A stretch of 33,047 bases of DNA from a virus (Duplodnaviria; Caudoviricetes): the IMG/VR virus record IMGVR_UViG_3300031706_000021, positions 1 through 33,047 of that record. One strand, written 5' to 3'. Under the pieces are notes generated by a model. The model was not told the DNA's origin. It searched no databases and saw only the letters and a list, made by a program, of their open reading frames with translations. How positions within the stretch are numbered: position 1 is the stretch's first letter; every line of letters starts with the position of its first letter. The position numbers and the translations under genes were made by a program. Positions 7,422 through 15,049 of this stretch are shown piece after piece.

Positions 7422-7771
7422 AATTTCTGTTTTTTTTTAGTTCTACAAATTCTTTTTAATTTCATGATCGCTCTGAAACATTCAATGATCTCGGGATACT
7501 CTCTTAGTTGCTTAGCCGTCTGATGTATTCCTTTCCGTTGTGCAAGCACTTGTGAGACGTAATAATCAGCTAAATTTTCAACTCCTTTGACTTGAGATCT
7601 TCTAGCAGAAACCGCACTCTTTTCTGGATTTTCTGCTCGCCATTGCCTACCTATAGCATTTACTTTTTCTTTGTTCTCAGCACTCCATTTCTTATGATTA
7701 GACGCTGCTTTTTCTTTGTTTTCAGCATAATATCTTCTTCCATAAGCTCTTTTTTCTTCTTTCGTCCACAT
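7418..7771 (-). CDS. Basic helical-repeat protein, probable nucleic-acid binding
   Basis: Three 15-residue-spaced (Y/W)xAEN(K/P)EK repeats; highly basic. Confidence 0.7.
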   Translation of the reverse strand: MWTKEEKRAYGRRYYAENKEKAASNHKKWSAENKEKVNAIGRQWRAENPEKSAVSARRSQVKGVENLADYYVSQVLAQRKGIHQTAKQLREYPEIIECFRAIMKLKRICRTKKKQKL

Positions 7772-7773
7772 AT

Positions 7774-8163
7774 CTAAAACGGCAAGTCATCGTCATTTGC
7801 AGGAGGCATGATCTTATCTAACGCCGCCACCACTTGTTGTTCATGTGTTGCAGTAGAAACATCCCAGTCGTGCCCAATCTTCTCAATGGAGGCAAGCTTA
7901 TCCGTATTAAAATATTTAATTTCACCCTGTGGACTCTTCCATTCCCGCCCCTCAGGCCAGAAATCTACTTTCACCTTATCGCCTTTAACGAATCCATCAA
8001 AATCAACACACCTATCTTGTCTGGCTTCGATCACTCTGAAATTCTGCCACTTGGCGTTTTTATCTGTTATTACTAATTCACGTTTTTGGAAGCCCTTGGC
8101 GCCTACCGTTTTTGTTTCTCCGACAGTTTCGACCGTCCAGTCTGTTATTGTAAATGGTTTCAT
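7774..8163 (-). CDS. DUF3127-family single-stranded DNA-binding protein
   Basis: GFQKRELVI...QDRC...GDKVKV...GREW...GEIKYFN and acidic tail DDDLPF. Confidence 0.88.
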   Translation of the reverse strand: MKPFTITDWTVETVGETKTVGAKGFQKRELVITDKNAKWQNFRVIEARQDRCVDFDGFVKGDKVKVDFWPEGREWKSPQGEIKYFNTDKLASIEKIGHDWDVSTATHEQQVVAALDKIMPPANDDDLPF

Positions 8164-8173
8164 AATTAAAAAT

Positions 8174-8332
8174 TTAGTTTATATATACTTGTTCGCAATG
8201 CTTGCTGCAAAAGTCTCCGTCGCATGGTGTTAAACACTCAAGGCATTGGCCTTCTGAGACCTCTGGAGGCACTAACTCCCTGTCGGGGATATAGTAGTTG
8301 ACTTTAATTATTTGATCGCTATAAAGGGCCAT
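8174..8332 (-). CDS. Small Zn-finger protein (52 aa, CLECLTPCDGDFCSKHC)
   Basis: Manually translated; CxxC...FCSxxC treble-clef-like motif. Confidence 0.65.
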   Translation of the reverse strand: MALYSDQIIKVNYYIPDRELVPPEVSEGQCLECLTPCDGDFCSKHCEQVYIN

Positions 8333-8445
8333 TCTGCATTTTCTTTTAAATATTCAATTCTTAAATCAAAAACGGTTTCACAGTCTTCAAATTCACATAT
8401 AAAATTATCCGGATGTTGAAACCCTCCGCAGTTCTCGCAAATCAT
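8308..8445 (-). CDS. Small Zn-ribbon protein (45 aa, MICENCGG...CEFEDC)
   Basis: Manually translated; ATGA coupling to the upstream stop; four Cys. Confidence 0.62.
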   Translation of the reverse strand: MICENCGGFQHPDNFICEFEDCETVFDLRIEYLKENAEWPFIAIK

Positions 8446-8948
8446 CCTCTTTGCTCACTGGTCCGCTCTCCAATGTATGTATTGGACTTTATCTCTGCGT
8501 GTTTGTCTGCGCTGTGTTTCATTGCTGTTGTCATTCTAGTCTCATCGTATTCTCTAAATGCAGTCAGTAGCTTTGCGAGGTCCCAGCTCCCATACATTTT
8601 TCCGTATTTGCCCTTAATAATGTCCTTAAAAATTACAATCAGATCGCTAACGTTTAGAGATTTGTGATCCTCCATGATGAAAGTGGCGGCCAATTGTATC
8701 TGGTCTTCGCTCATGTTGTCTTTTACGCTTATTGACCTGTTGACTTCCATCAACCATTTGATTAAAATAGCGTGAATCTTGACCGGTGAAAAGTCCTTTG
8801 CCATGCGTCCGATACTTGGGAGCCCTTTAATCTTTAAAGCATCCTGGACCGTTGAGATGTTAGGGTTTCTTAATGAAATTCTGGGCTCCGATATTGCAAC
8901 CGTGTTTGTTTGCTTTGAAACCTCCTGAGTTTTTAAATATATTTCCAT
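8442..8948 (-). CDS. Putative replication accessory protein (helicase loader/inhibitor-like)
   Basis: Follows the initiator as lambda P follows O; helical with KGKYGKMYG motif. Start placed at ATG 8948, just after the initiator stop; 9026 is also possible. Confidence 0.55.
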   Translation of the reverse strand: MEIYLKTQEVSKQTNTVAISEPRISLRNPNISTVQDALKIKGLPSIGRMAKDFSPVKIHAILIKWLMEVNRSISVKDNMSEDQIQLAATFIMEDHKSLNVSDLIVIFKDIIKGKYGKMYGSWDLAKLLTAFREYDETRMTTAMKHSADKHAEIKSNTYIGERTSEQRG

Positions 8949-8952
8949 TTGC

Positions 8953-9642
8953 TCAGAGGCCTTCGGTGTTTGCGAGTATCCTTTCAAGGTTCGAGTAGTC
9001 CGGTTTATTATTTTGTTGTCTTCCATTAGAGTTGTGTTTTATGAGTTCATCTTCCCAGGCTTTATTATTTAAAAATGTTTGAGGGTTTTTTCTGTATGCC
9101 TTATCTGGTGTTGATTCAATGTAAGCAGGCAGATAGTTGAGTATTTGTTCTTTGACTTTTTGGGGTAGCTTATCAAATTTTGGTTTGATCAAAGTTTTGT
9201 TTCCTGTTTTCTTGTCATACAAATCCCAAAAATCTTGAAAGCTTGGATATACTGAAACTTCAGTTTTAGTTATAGTTATAGTTTCAGTTTCAGTTTCAGT
9301 TTCCATATGTTGATCATATGTTTTAGATATGTTTAAGACAGGTGTTTCATTATTTGTTTTTTTCTTTCTGTTGCTTCGTCTTGACTCACTATATTTTTTA
9401 CGTCTGTCAACCTCAGACTCCAATCTCTCATTAAAATAAAGACCGTTTTCATCTTGAGTAAATAAATCAAAGATGTCTTTATCATATGTCAAACATATCT
9501 TTAACATATGTTCTTTCGTTAATCTTCCCTTTTGATGGTGAAAGCATAGGAGCCGAATAAATTTTCCGACCTGGGTGTCATTGAGAAAATATGTTCCCGT
9601 CAAAAAATCAGAACTATAAAAAAGGAATGCAGGATCTTTCAT
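8953..9642 (-). CDS. Phage replication initiator (YdaU/DUF1376-like N-terminus)
   Basis: MKDPAFLFYSSDFLTGT...QVGKFIRLLC, NERL; ETETET linker; C-terminal FQDFWDLYDKK...PQTFLNNKAWEDE; internal iterons. Confidence 0.85.
   Translation of the reverse strand: MKDPAFLFYSSDFLTGTYFLNDTQVGKFIRLLCFHHQKGRLTKEHMLKICLTYDKDIFDLFTQDENGLYFNERLESEVDRRKKYSESRRSNRKKKTNNETPVLNISKTYDQHMETETETETITITKTEVSVYPSFQDFWDLYDKKTGNKTLIKPKFDKLPQKVKEQILNYLPAYIESTPDKAYRKNPQTFLNNKAWEDELIKHNSNGRQQNNKPDYSNLERILANTEGL
9304..9510. repeat. Putative origin of replication: two clusters of three CATATG-like iterons at 11-bp spacing
   Basis: CATATG 9304, CATATG 9315, GATATG 9326; CATATG 9483, CATATC 9494, CATATG 9505. Confidence 0.7.
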
Positions 9643-9657
9643 TGTTTTTAATTTTTA

Positions 9658-9689
9658 GTCATTACCCGGCATGGACACCGGGCTTTGAC
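9658..9689 (-). other. Intergenic GC-rich hairpin upstream of the initiator gene
   Basis: GTCA-AA-GCCCGGT-GTCCAT-GCCGGGT-AA-TGAC; no U tract on minus. Confidence 0.5.
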
Positions 9690-9692
9690 ATT

Positions 9693-10157
9693 TTAGCGTG
9701 ATTTCAGGGTCGCCGCTTTTTGTTTATCTTGGATTAGTGGGTTGTTATATAACAGATTGAAAACATAATTAACTTGTTCTTCGTCTGCTTTAAATAGATC
9801 CTTATCCATGATCCGTTTTTTTATATTGTATTTCTGCTTACTTGTAATAAAACCCTTGATATTGTCGAGCTCACAGCTCACATTTGTGAAGTCTTCTTCG
9901 AATGATTTATCATATAAAACATGATTCGTAAATCTTCTGCGTGTGCTTATTAAAGTTGAAGAATTTAAATTCATGTAAATTGATAATTGATTAAGCGAAA
10001 AGTTGTAGTTTTTTAAAACATACCCTATAAAAAATTGCCTTGCTTTGACGTATTCTTGAAACCTAGGTTTGTCAAATATGTTGATATTATATTTTTGATC
10101 TAAAGCTATTTTAATTGGACGTAATGTTTGCGAAATCTCTTTTTGTATGTTAGTCAT
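9693..10157 (-). CDS. DnaA domain IV-like HTH protein
   Basis: VKARQFFIGYVLKNYNFSLNQLSIYMNLNSSTLIS resembles the DnaA C-terminal ARQ...SL..IG...DHSTV pattern. Confidence 0.65.
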   Translation of the reverse strand: MTNIQKEISQTLRPIKIALDQKYNINIFDKPRFQEYVKARQFFIGYVLKNYNFSLNQLSIYMNLNSSTLISTRRRFTNHVLYDKSFEEDFTNVSCELDNIKGFITSKQKYNIKKRIMDKDLFKADEEQVNYVFNLLYNNPLIQDKQKAATLKSR

Positions 10158-10161
10158 AGAG

Positions 10162-10210
10162 TTTTAAAATGGGGCCACACAAAGCCATTTGATCAGACCC
10201 CCGGTTTAAA
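10162..10210 (-). promoter_or_regulatory. Intergenic hairpin carrying a sequence complementary to the ninG leader
   Basis: TTTAAA..GGGGTC..CAAA-TGGC-TTTG..GGCCCC..TTTAAA stem; 10178..10199 is a near-perfect inverted copy of 6407..6427. Confidence 0.5.
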
Positions 10211-10807
10211 TTATTTTTTAGATTTTGTTATCTGGATAGATGCCGCTGAGTGCTTAATTGTGGGAGCAACTAAAAGCTGTGAGTTGTTATCCAAAAAGAC
10301 TTGGACCTTTTTCCCGTCCGGCATTAAATGGACGTCAGAGTAAGCACCATTATCAACGGAATCCTTTCCGATTGAATACATCTTCTTTTTATCCTTCAGC
10401 TCTTGGGTTAGCCTGACAATTTCCTCGCAATTAGAATAGTCATAGCTTCTGCGTCCGTCTATGTTTCTAATCTCAAACCCCTGGAAGTTGAAAGTCTTTC
10501 CGTGTTTGTTAGATTCATCCATCGCCAGTTCCTTGATGTTGTTTTTAAAGCTGTCGATTGCCTTCTGCATTTGATGGATAATAACAAAAGAAGTAAGCGG
10601 ACACAATTCGCCCTCAATGACATTCTCTTGAGCTACCTCAATAGCCATCTCGTTTTTTGAAAGCCATGACCTTAAATTCATAGCTTTATCAACTGCGTTT
10701 TCTTTTTCTTGTTCCATGTACATTTCATTTTCTAATTGTTGGAAAATCACTTCTTGCTGTTCGGCGTGCGTTGCTTCATAAGGATAAAGCTCTCTAACCC
10801 GTCCCAT
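10211..10807 (-). CDS. Hypothetical phage protein (recombination module)
   Basis: 198 aa; TAATG coupling to the SSAP-like gene; GRRSYDYS motif. Confidence 0.75.
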   Translation of the reverse strand: MGRVRELYPYEATHAEQQEVIFQQLENEMYMEQEKENAVDKAMNLRSWLSKNEMAIEVAQENVIEGELCPLTSFVIIHQMQKAIDSFKNNIKELAMDESNKHGKTFNFQGFEIRNIDGRRSYDYSNCEEIVRLTQELKDKKKMYSIGKDSVDNGAYSDVHLMPDGKKVQVFLDNNSQLLVAPTIKHSAASIQITKSKK

Positions 10808-11346
10808 TATGATACTCTTTTAATGGTCCAAAGCTTGGCCAGTTGTTCGACTTGTTCATTGCTAAGTTTATAGTGATCTTGAGCAAATCCGATAAACGTT
10901 GTCCACTCTGGATATTTATCTTTCCAGTCGTCGAGTCTTTCAAGGATAGAATTAAAACCTGCGTCAATAGATTTTGTTTGCGCTTGGGCTTTGTGGATTT
11001 CATCGCCTGAAGAGGTCCCGTGTTGTATTCCAACGCCTGCCGCTGTGAATGCTTTACCTAGTGCAGAAGTGTAAGCGTTTTCAAGTGCCGAAGATTTGTT
11101 GATGAATCCGTCTCCGATAACCTCTTGAGCAATGCCATCATAAGAATTGTAATAATCTTTTGACTGATCAAATTTTATTTTGAGTTTAACGTGAACAGTC
11201 CAGGTTTTAATCTCTGCGTAATACTGTACCTTTTTAATCTTCACATCGTAGTCAAAATTTGATGCACAGTGTGAGATTCTTTTATCAACCATTACATAGG
11301 GTTTGCCTGAGATGGTGACAGTGTCTAAGTTTGATAATCTTTTCAT
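10807..11346 (-). CDS. Putative single-strand annealing recombinase (Rad52/Sak-like)
   Basis: GKPYVMVDKRI...GIAQE...INKSSALENAYTSALGKAF...G(V)GI...S.DEI pattern; early-operon position. Confidence 0.65.
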   Translation of the reverse strand: MKRLSNLDTVTISGKPYVMVDKRISHCASNFDYDVKIKKVQYYAEIKTWTVHVKLKIKFDQSKDYYNSYDGIAQEVIGDGFINKSSALENAYTSALGKAFTAAGVGIQHGTSSGDEIHKAQAQTKSIDAGFNSILERLDDWKDKYPEWTTFIGFAQDHYKLSNEQVEQLAKLWTIKRVS

Positions 11347-11362
11347 TGTGTTTTGTTTTTTT

Positions 11363-11653
11363 TTAAAGGATGCCGTTCAATCGATCCAATTCAGATTGTG
11401 GGATGTAGTTGCGTCCTCCCAAAGACGTTGTGTTAATTTCTTCATTCCTAATTAGCTTGTGTATTGTGGAAGTGCTCAAGCCTAGTATTTTTGTGGCTTG
11501 GCTAATTTTATATAGTTTCCTATTGCTATTGATGACCCTATTTTGTTTTTCAATAGAATTTATTAACATATCGAATTTCCTTTCGAGTTCAGATAATGGA
11601 GTCATTCCGTAATGTTCTTCTAACTCCCTAATTTTGACGGTATTATTGCTCAT
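11363..11653 (-). CDS. Excisionase-type HTH protein (Xis/Cro-like)
   Basis: LYKISQATKILGLSTSTIHKLIRNEEI...GGRNYIPQSELDR winged HTH; first gene of the lytic operon, divergent from the repressor. Confidence 0.85.
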   Translation of the reverse strand: MSNNTVKIRELEEHYGMTPLSELERKFDMLINSIEKQNRVINSNRKLYKISQATKILGLSTSTIHKLIRNEEINTTSLGGRNYIPQSELDRLNGIL

Positions 11654-11703
11654 ATGATAGTATTAATTCGTATATTTATTTAATTAAATCTCTGAATAAT
11701 ATT

Positions 11704-11733
11704 CAAATATAGGCATTTAAATTCAGTTTACAA
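11704..11733 (-). promoter_or_regulatory. Bacteroidota housekeeping-type promoter for the early lytic operon
   Basis: TTG (11733..11731), 19-nt spacer, TATATTTG (11711..11704); matches the -33/-7 consensus TTG-N19-TAnnTTTG. Confidence 0.78.
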
Positions 11734-11804
11734 CATAAATATGCATATAAACACAATTATTTGATGTAAACCTGTGGTTAGTACAGCTTTAGATATTTTA
11801 AAAT

Positions 11805-11820
11805 AATGCCTATAGCTGAA
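11805..11820 (+). promoter_or_regulatory. Mirror-image site upstream of the repressor (operator or weak -7 element)
   Basis: AATGCCTATAGCTGAA matches the minus-strand AATGCCTATATTTGAA (11717..11702) at 14 of 16 positions. Confidence 0.55.
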
Positions 11821-11842
11821 GTAAAATCAATAAAATACACAA

Positions 11843-12529
11843 ATGGGTACTCCAAACGAAAGATTTTTAGAGCTTTTTAAAGATTTAAACTTATCGATTC
11901 CAGAATTTGCAAAAGAATGCGGAATGGATTCAAAGGTTAGAACCATATATAAAATAATTAAAGACAGCCACAAACCTTCAGTTGCAATAATAAGGGAGGT
12001 TAATCTGGTTTTTCCTGAGTTTAATATTGAACACATACTTTACGGAAACAACAAAAAAGATCATAAAGCAGCACAAATTCAGCAAAAAAATGTCTTGCTA
12101 AATACAAGTTTTACAGAACAAAACATTAGCTTTGATAAGAAAGAACAAGATATGATAAGCGGATTTATTAAGCTAGAGAATGAACTAGTAAGAACATCAA
12201 ACGCATTGCAGACCACTTTATTGAATTGTACAAATCAAATTCAAGAAATGGTTATTCAAAATGCAAAAACAAAGAATGACTTTGAAACTCACATTTTAGA
12301 ATTAAATAAACAACTGGGAGCTCTATCGGATTCAAATTTAAGGCTGTCTAATCAGATCATAAAAGTAGAGGCAAAGGTTCAAGAAATGCACCACGACAAT
12401 ACAAAGACCGCAATTAAGGCTCAAGAATATATCACAGAATCACAGCAGTCACACAAAATGAACCTTGATTTTCAACAGCAACTAATCCCGGATCTCGGAG
12501 AGTATAGAAAGACTAAGAAAAAATCTTAA
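11843..12529 (+). CDS. Putative immunity repressor (N-terminal Cro/CI HTH plus C-terminal coiled coil)
   Basis: Only convincing plus-strand gene; ERFLELFKDLNLSIPEFAKECGM...TIYKII...KPS...FPEFNIEHILYG; heptad-rich C-terminus. Confidence 0.8.
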   Translation: MGTPNERFLELFKDLNLSIPEFAKECGMDSKVRTIYKIIKDSHKPSVAIIREVNLVFPEFNIEHILYGNNKKDHKAAQIQQKNVLLNTSFTEQNISFDKKEQDMISGFIKLENELVRTSNALQTTLLNCTNQIQEMVIQNAKTKNDFETHILELNKQLGALSDSNLRLSNQIIKVEAKVQEMHHDNTKTAIKAQEYITESQQSHKMNLDFQQQLIPDLGEYRKTKKKS

Positions 12530-13712
12530 ATGCTGACGCTGTAATTGATTCCTTATTAATTTTCTTGTACTTATTTAATGTCTTCGGATCTCTGATCCCT
12601 GTGATCGACATTATTATATGATCAGGCATTGATTTTTCTGCCGCTATAGTTATAAACGTTCTCCTTGCTGTGTGAGATCCTACCATTTGCCAACGCTGTT
12701 TTATTACAACTTCTTTTTTTGCTCCGTAATAGACTGTGTTTTTTATTTCTTCAGTAAAGCCGGCCATCTTACAAATCTTTTGAATTTTTGGATTAAAGTT
12801 CTGGCTTTGAATACTGTTTAAATTCCAATCATGTTTGTCTAGTAATGTTTTAAGTTTTGGATGTAATGGAATAAAAGAATGGGTTTCCGTTTTTTCTGCT
12901 CTTTTAATTATCATGTCGCCCTGTACATCTGATTTTTCAAAGACTGAATAGTCTGAATAACGTTGGCCCGAATAACAACCAATCAAAAACAAATCCCTGT
13001 GTTTTTCTAGCCTTTTGTCAAGTTCAAGTCCCGCTAAGGTGTCAAGGTCCAACTCCGTCAAGGCGATGTCATCAGTTTCAAAAGGTGAAATTTTAATATC
13101 TTTAAAAGCCAAGGGAACGTTTACACCTTTTTTAATACACCAATTTAAAAAAATTTTGAAAAATCCGAAATTTCTGTAAAGTGTATTATCATTTAAATTG
13201 TATTTGCTTCTTAAAAAGACAATAAATTCGGTTAAAGTGTTATTATCTAAATTCGTTAATAATATTTGTTTACCCTTTTCGAATTTTTCGAATTTATCAA
13301 ATATTCTTTTATAACGTTCTATCGATTTAAATTTTACCTCCCCAACATTTTTAAGCTCTTCAACGTAAAGTTTGTGGTAATAGTCAACCGACAGATCAAC
13401 CAGGACCTTTTCCTCTACATGAAAATATTCGTTGAGTTGTTTTTTAAGGATTGAAGCAGTCAAAGATTTGCCGTAAAGATCCTTTATTTGTTGGACCTGG
13501 TATTCGTATTCTCTTAAAGCCAGAGTTAAATCTCTATTTCTGTCACCTTCTTTTCCTCGCATTACTCGAGGGAAGCATTTTTTTTTGTCCCAATTCTTTG
13601 GATTTATATTTCGCCCTGTATTGTATTTAAATCTAGAGGTTTCGCCTGGGATATAAACCTCAAGTCTAATTTGTGCGTTCTCTCTTTTAGGGTGGTCCAA
13701 TCTAAATGCCAT
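12513..13712 (-). CDS. int: Tyrosine integrase
   Basis: RDLFLIGCYSGQRYSD, EKT, SHTARRTF, ITGI...TLNKY; N-terminal arm-binding region YNTG..I.PKNWD. Confidence 0.95.
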   Translation of the reverse strand: MAFRLDHPKRENAQIRLEVYIPGETSRFKYNTGRNINPKNWDKKKCFPRVMRGKEGDRNRDLTLALREYEYQVQQIKDLYGKSLTASILKKQLNEYFHVEEKVLVDLSVDYYHKLYVEELKNVGEVKFKSIERYKRIFDKFEKFEKGKQILLTNLDNNTLTEFIVFLRSKYNLNDNTLYRNFGFFKIFLNWCIKKGVNVPLAFKDIKISPFETDDIALTELDLDTLAGLELDKRLEKHRDLFLIGCYSGQRYSDYSVFEKSDVQGDMIIKRAEKTETHSFIPLHPKLKTLLDKHDWNLNSIQSQNFNPKIQKICKMAGFTEEIKNTVYYGAKKEVVIKQRWQMVGSHTARRTFITIAAEKSMPDHIIMSITGIRDPKTLNKYKKINKESITASAFKIFS

Positions 13713-13745
13713 GCGTGGGTCGATATGTGGGTCGAAAATATAGCG

Positions 13746-13774
13746 TAAATATACATATATTCGAATACTTACAA
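13746..13774 (-). promoter_or_regulatory. Possible integrase promoter
   Basis: TTG-N18-TATATTTA, one mismatch to the Bacteroidota -7 consensus. Confidence 0.4.
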
Positions 13775-13848
13775 CATGTGAACGCCCTAAATAGTCATAT
13801 AAACCAATATACGGTCATAAAGAACGAAAGTCTCCTTCTGTGCAACAT

Positions 13849-13888
13849 AAAGCCTTAACTAGTTATAATTTAACAAGTTAAAGTTTTT
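13849..13888 (+). terminator. Imperfect hairpin with T tail after the att core
   Basis: AAAGCCTTAACTAGTTA-TAATT-TAACAAGTTAAAGTTTTT. Confidence 0.45.
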
Positions 13889-13979
13889 ATATTTTTAATG
13901 TGGGTCGGTATGTGGGTCTAATGTTAAAAGTTAGCTCAATACTCACCATTTGAAAAGGTATAGTGTTTTATAAATATAA

Positions 13980-15047
13980 TCAAAAAATATGACTGATCCG
14001 AGCGATCTGTCCATGAGTTGGATGATGCAAGAATCCCTCGATCGCTTTTATGCTTCGATAACCGTTTCTATCATGCCAGGAATCCGTTCCAGAAGCCGAC
14101 CGAATAGATTCAATGTTTACCTTTCCGATGTCCTTAGATGTCTTGTGATGGACGTGGTGAGTGTATATGTGTCGATGCTTTGTTCTAGCCCAGTCCTCGG
14201 TTGACTCTTCGGCCATTAATAAGGGAAGATCATTTTGCTTTGCTCCGTCTCCATGAGTTGCTCCAATGAGGTTGTCGTGATAACGGAAATATTTTCGGTG
14301 TGCAATTGAACAGTCGAAAGTTATATTCTCATTTTTATGAAACCAGGTCTTGATCACGTCGGCCAAAAAGAATCCTGAAGCGTAATCGTGATTTGAAGGG
14401 CAAAAAAGAAAATGTACATCTGCAACAGTGAGCAGTTTCTCAATGGCCTGGATCATTACATCCTTTGCACTGAGAAAGTTTTCGTACCACATGCCGTCAG
14501 TGTCTTGAGGGGTGCCTGATGTAGTCTGCCGCTTGGGCGTGTCTGTGTGAAGGATGTCATTCCCTCCAATAAAAAGAATCTTATCAATATTAAAAGAGGC
14601 TGTTTTGTCGAGTATCCCCTGGACCCCTTCGATAACTCTAGCCGATGCGATCTCAACATTGTATGCGTCCCCGGTTTCGTATGCCGTGGCTAGTTTACCG
14701 AAATGAATATCTGCCGGATCTACAACTAACAAATGAGGCTCTTTTGATTGGGTCCTTTCAATCTTTGGATATACTGGAGCAGCCTCAAGCATTTCGTTTT
14801 TTAAGTCTTCGAATATTTCTTGATAAGATTTGCCGTTGTTTTTGACAAACATTGAAATGTGTTTTGACTTATGCCAATAATGTTTAATGTCCTTTACCGG
14901 AATACCTAACCTGTCGGATTCCTCCTGGAGAACTTTGTGATCGTCTCCAAATAAAACACCAAGATCTTTTTCTGTTAACTGTCTTATTTTTTTGCGGTAC
15001 TTATTAAAATATAATGGCAACCTGTAAACTTTTGAATCTTTCTGCAT
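13980..15047 (-). CDS. Calcineurin-like metallophosphoesterase
   Basis: Motifs DIHFG, GNDILHTD, SNHD, THGD and HHVHH. Confidence 0.85.
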   Translation of the reverse strand: MQKDSKVYRLPLYFNKYRKKIRQLTEKDLGVLFGDDHKVLQEESDRLGIPVKDIKHYWHKSKHISMFVKNNGKSYQEIFEDLKNEMLEAAPVYPKIERTQSKEPHLLVVDPADIHFGKLATAYETGDAYNVEIASARVIEGVQGILDKTASFNIDKILFIGGNDILHTDTPKRQTTSGTPQDTDGMWYENFLSAKDVMIQAIEKLLTVADVHFLFCPSNHDYASGFFLADVIKTWFHKNENITFDCSIAHRKYFRYHDNLIGATHGDGAKQNDLPLLMAEESTEDWARTKHRHIYTHHVHHKTSKDIGKVNIESIRSASGTDSWHDRNGYRSIKAIEGFLHHPTHGQIARISHIF

Positions 15048-15049
15048 GT

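Larger units (their letters stand above)
13715..13919 (+). other. attP region: four arm-type repeats flanking a tRNA-3'-like core
   Basis: GTGGGTC(G/T) at 13715, 13727, 13900 and 13912 (two tandem pairs, 12-bp period); core candidate AGTCTCCTTCTGTGCA at 13829..13844. Confidence 0.75.

Noticed and set aside
8949-9026. N-terminal 26 aa of ORF 8442..9026 overlapping the initiator
   Set aside because: An in-frame ATG at 8948 directly follows the initiator stop and is the simpler start; the longer form cannot be excluded.
9266-9303. Tandem (TTTCAG)n and (GTTATA)n hexamers
   Set aside because: Encode the low-complexity ETETETITIT linker typical of initiators; not CRISPR or a separate element.
10794-11033. 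79-aa alternative-frame ORF inside the SSAP-like gene (also 14456..14659, 24884..25129, 26157..26348, 29814..30014)
   Set aside because: Short, no recognisable motif, compatible with chance; unlike the nested methyltransferase frame.
13715-13919. GTGGGTCG repeats as a mini-CRISPR, or the core as a tRNA gene
   Set aside because: Repeats are too short with no spacers or cas genes; only 16 nt are tRNA-like and no cloverleaf forms.
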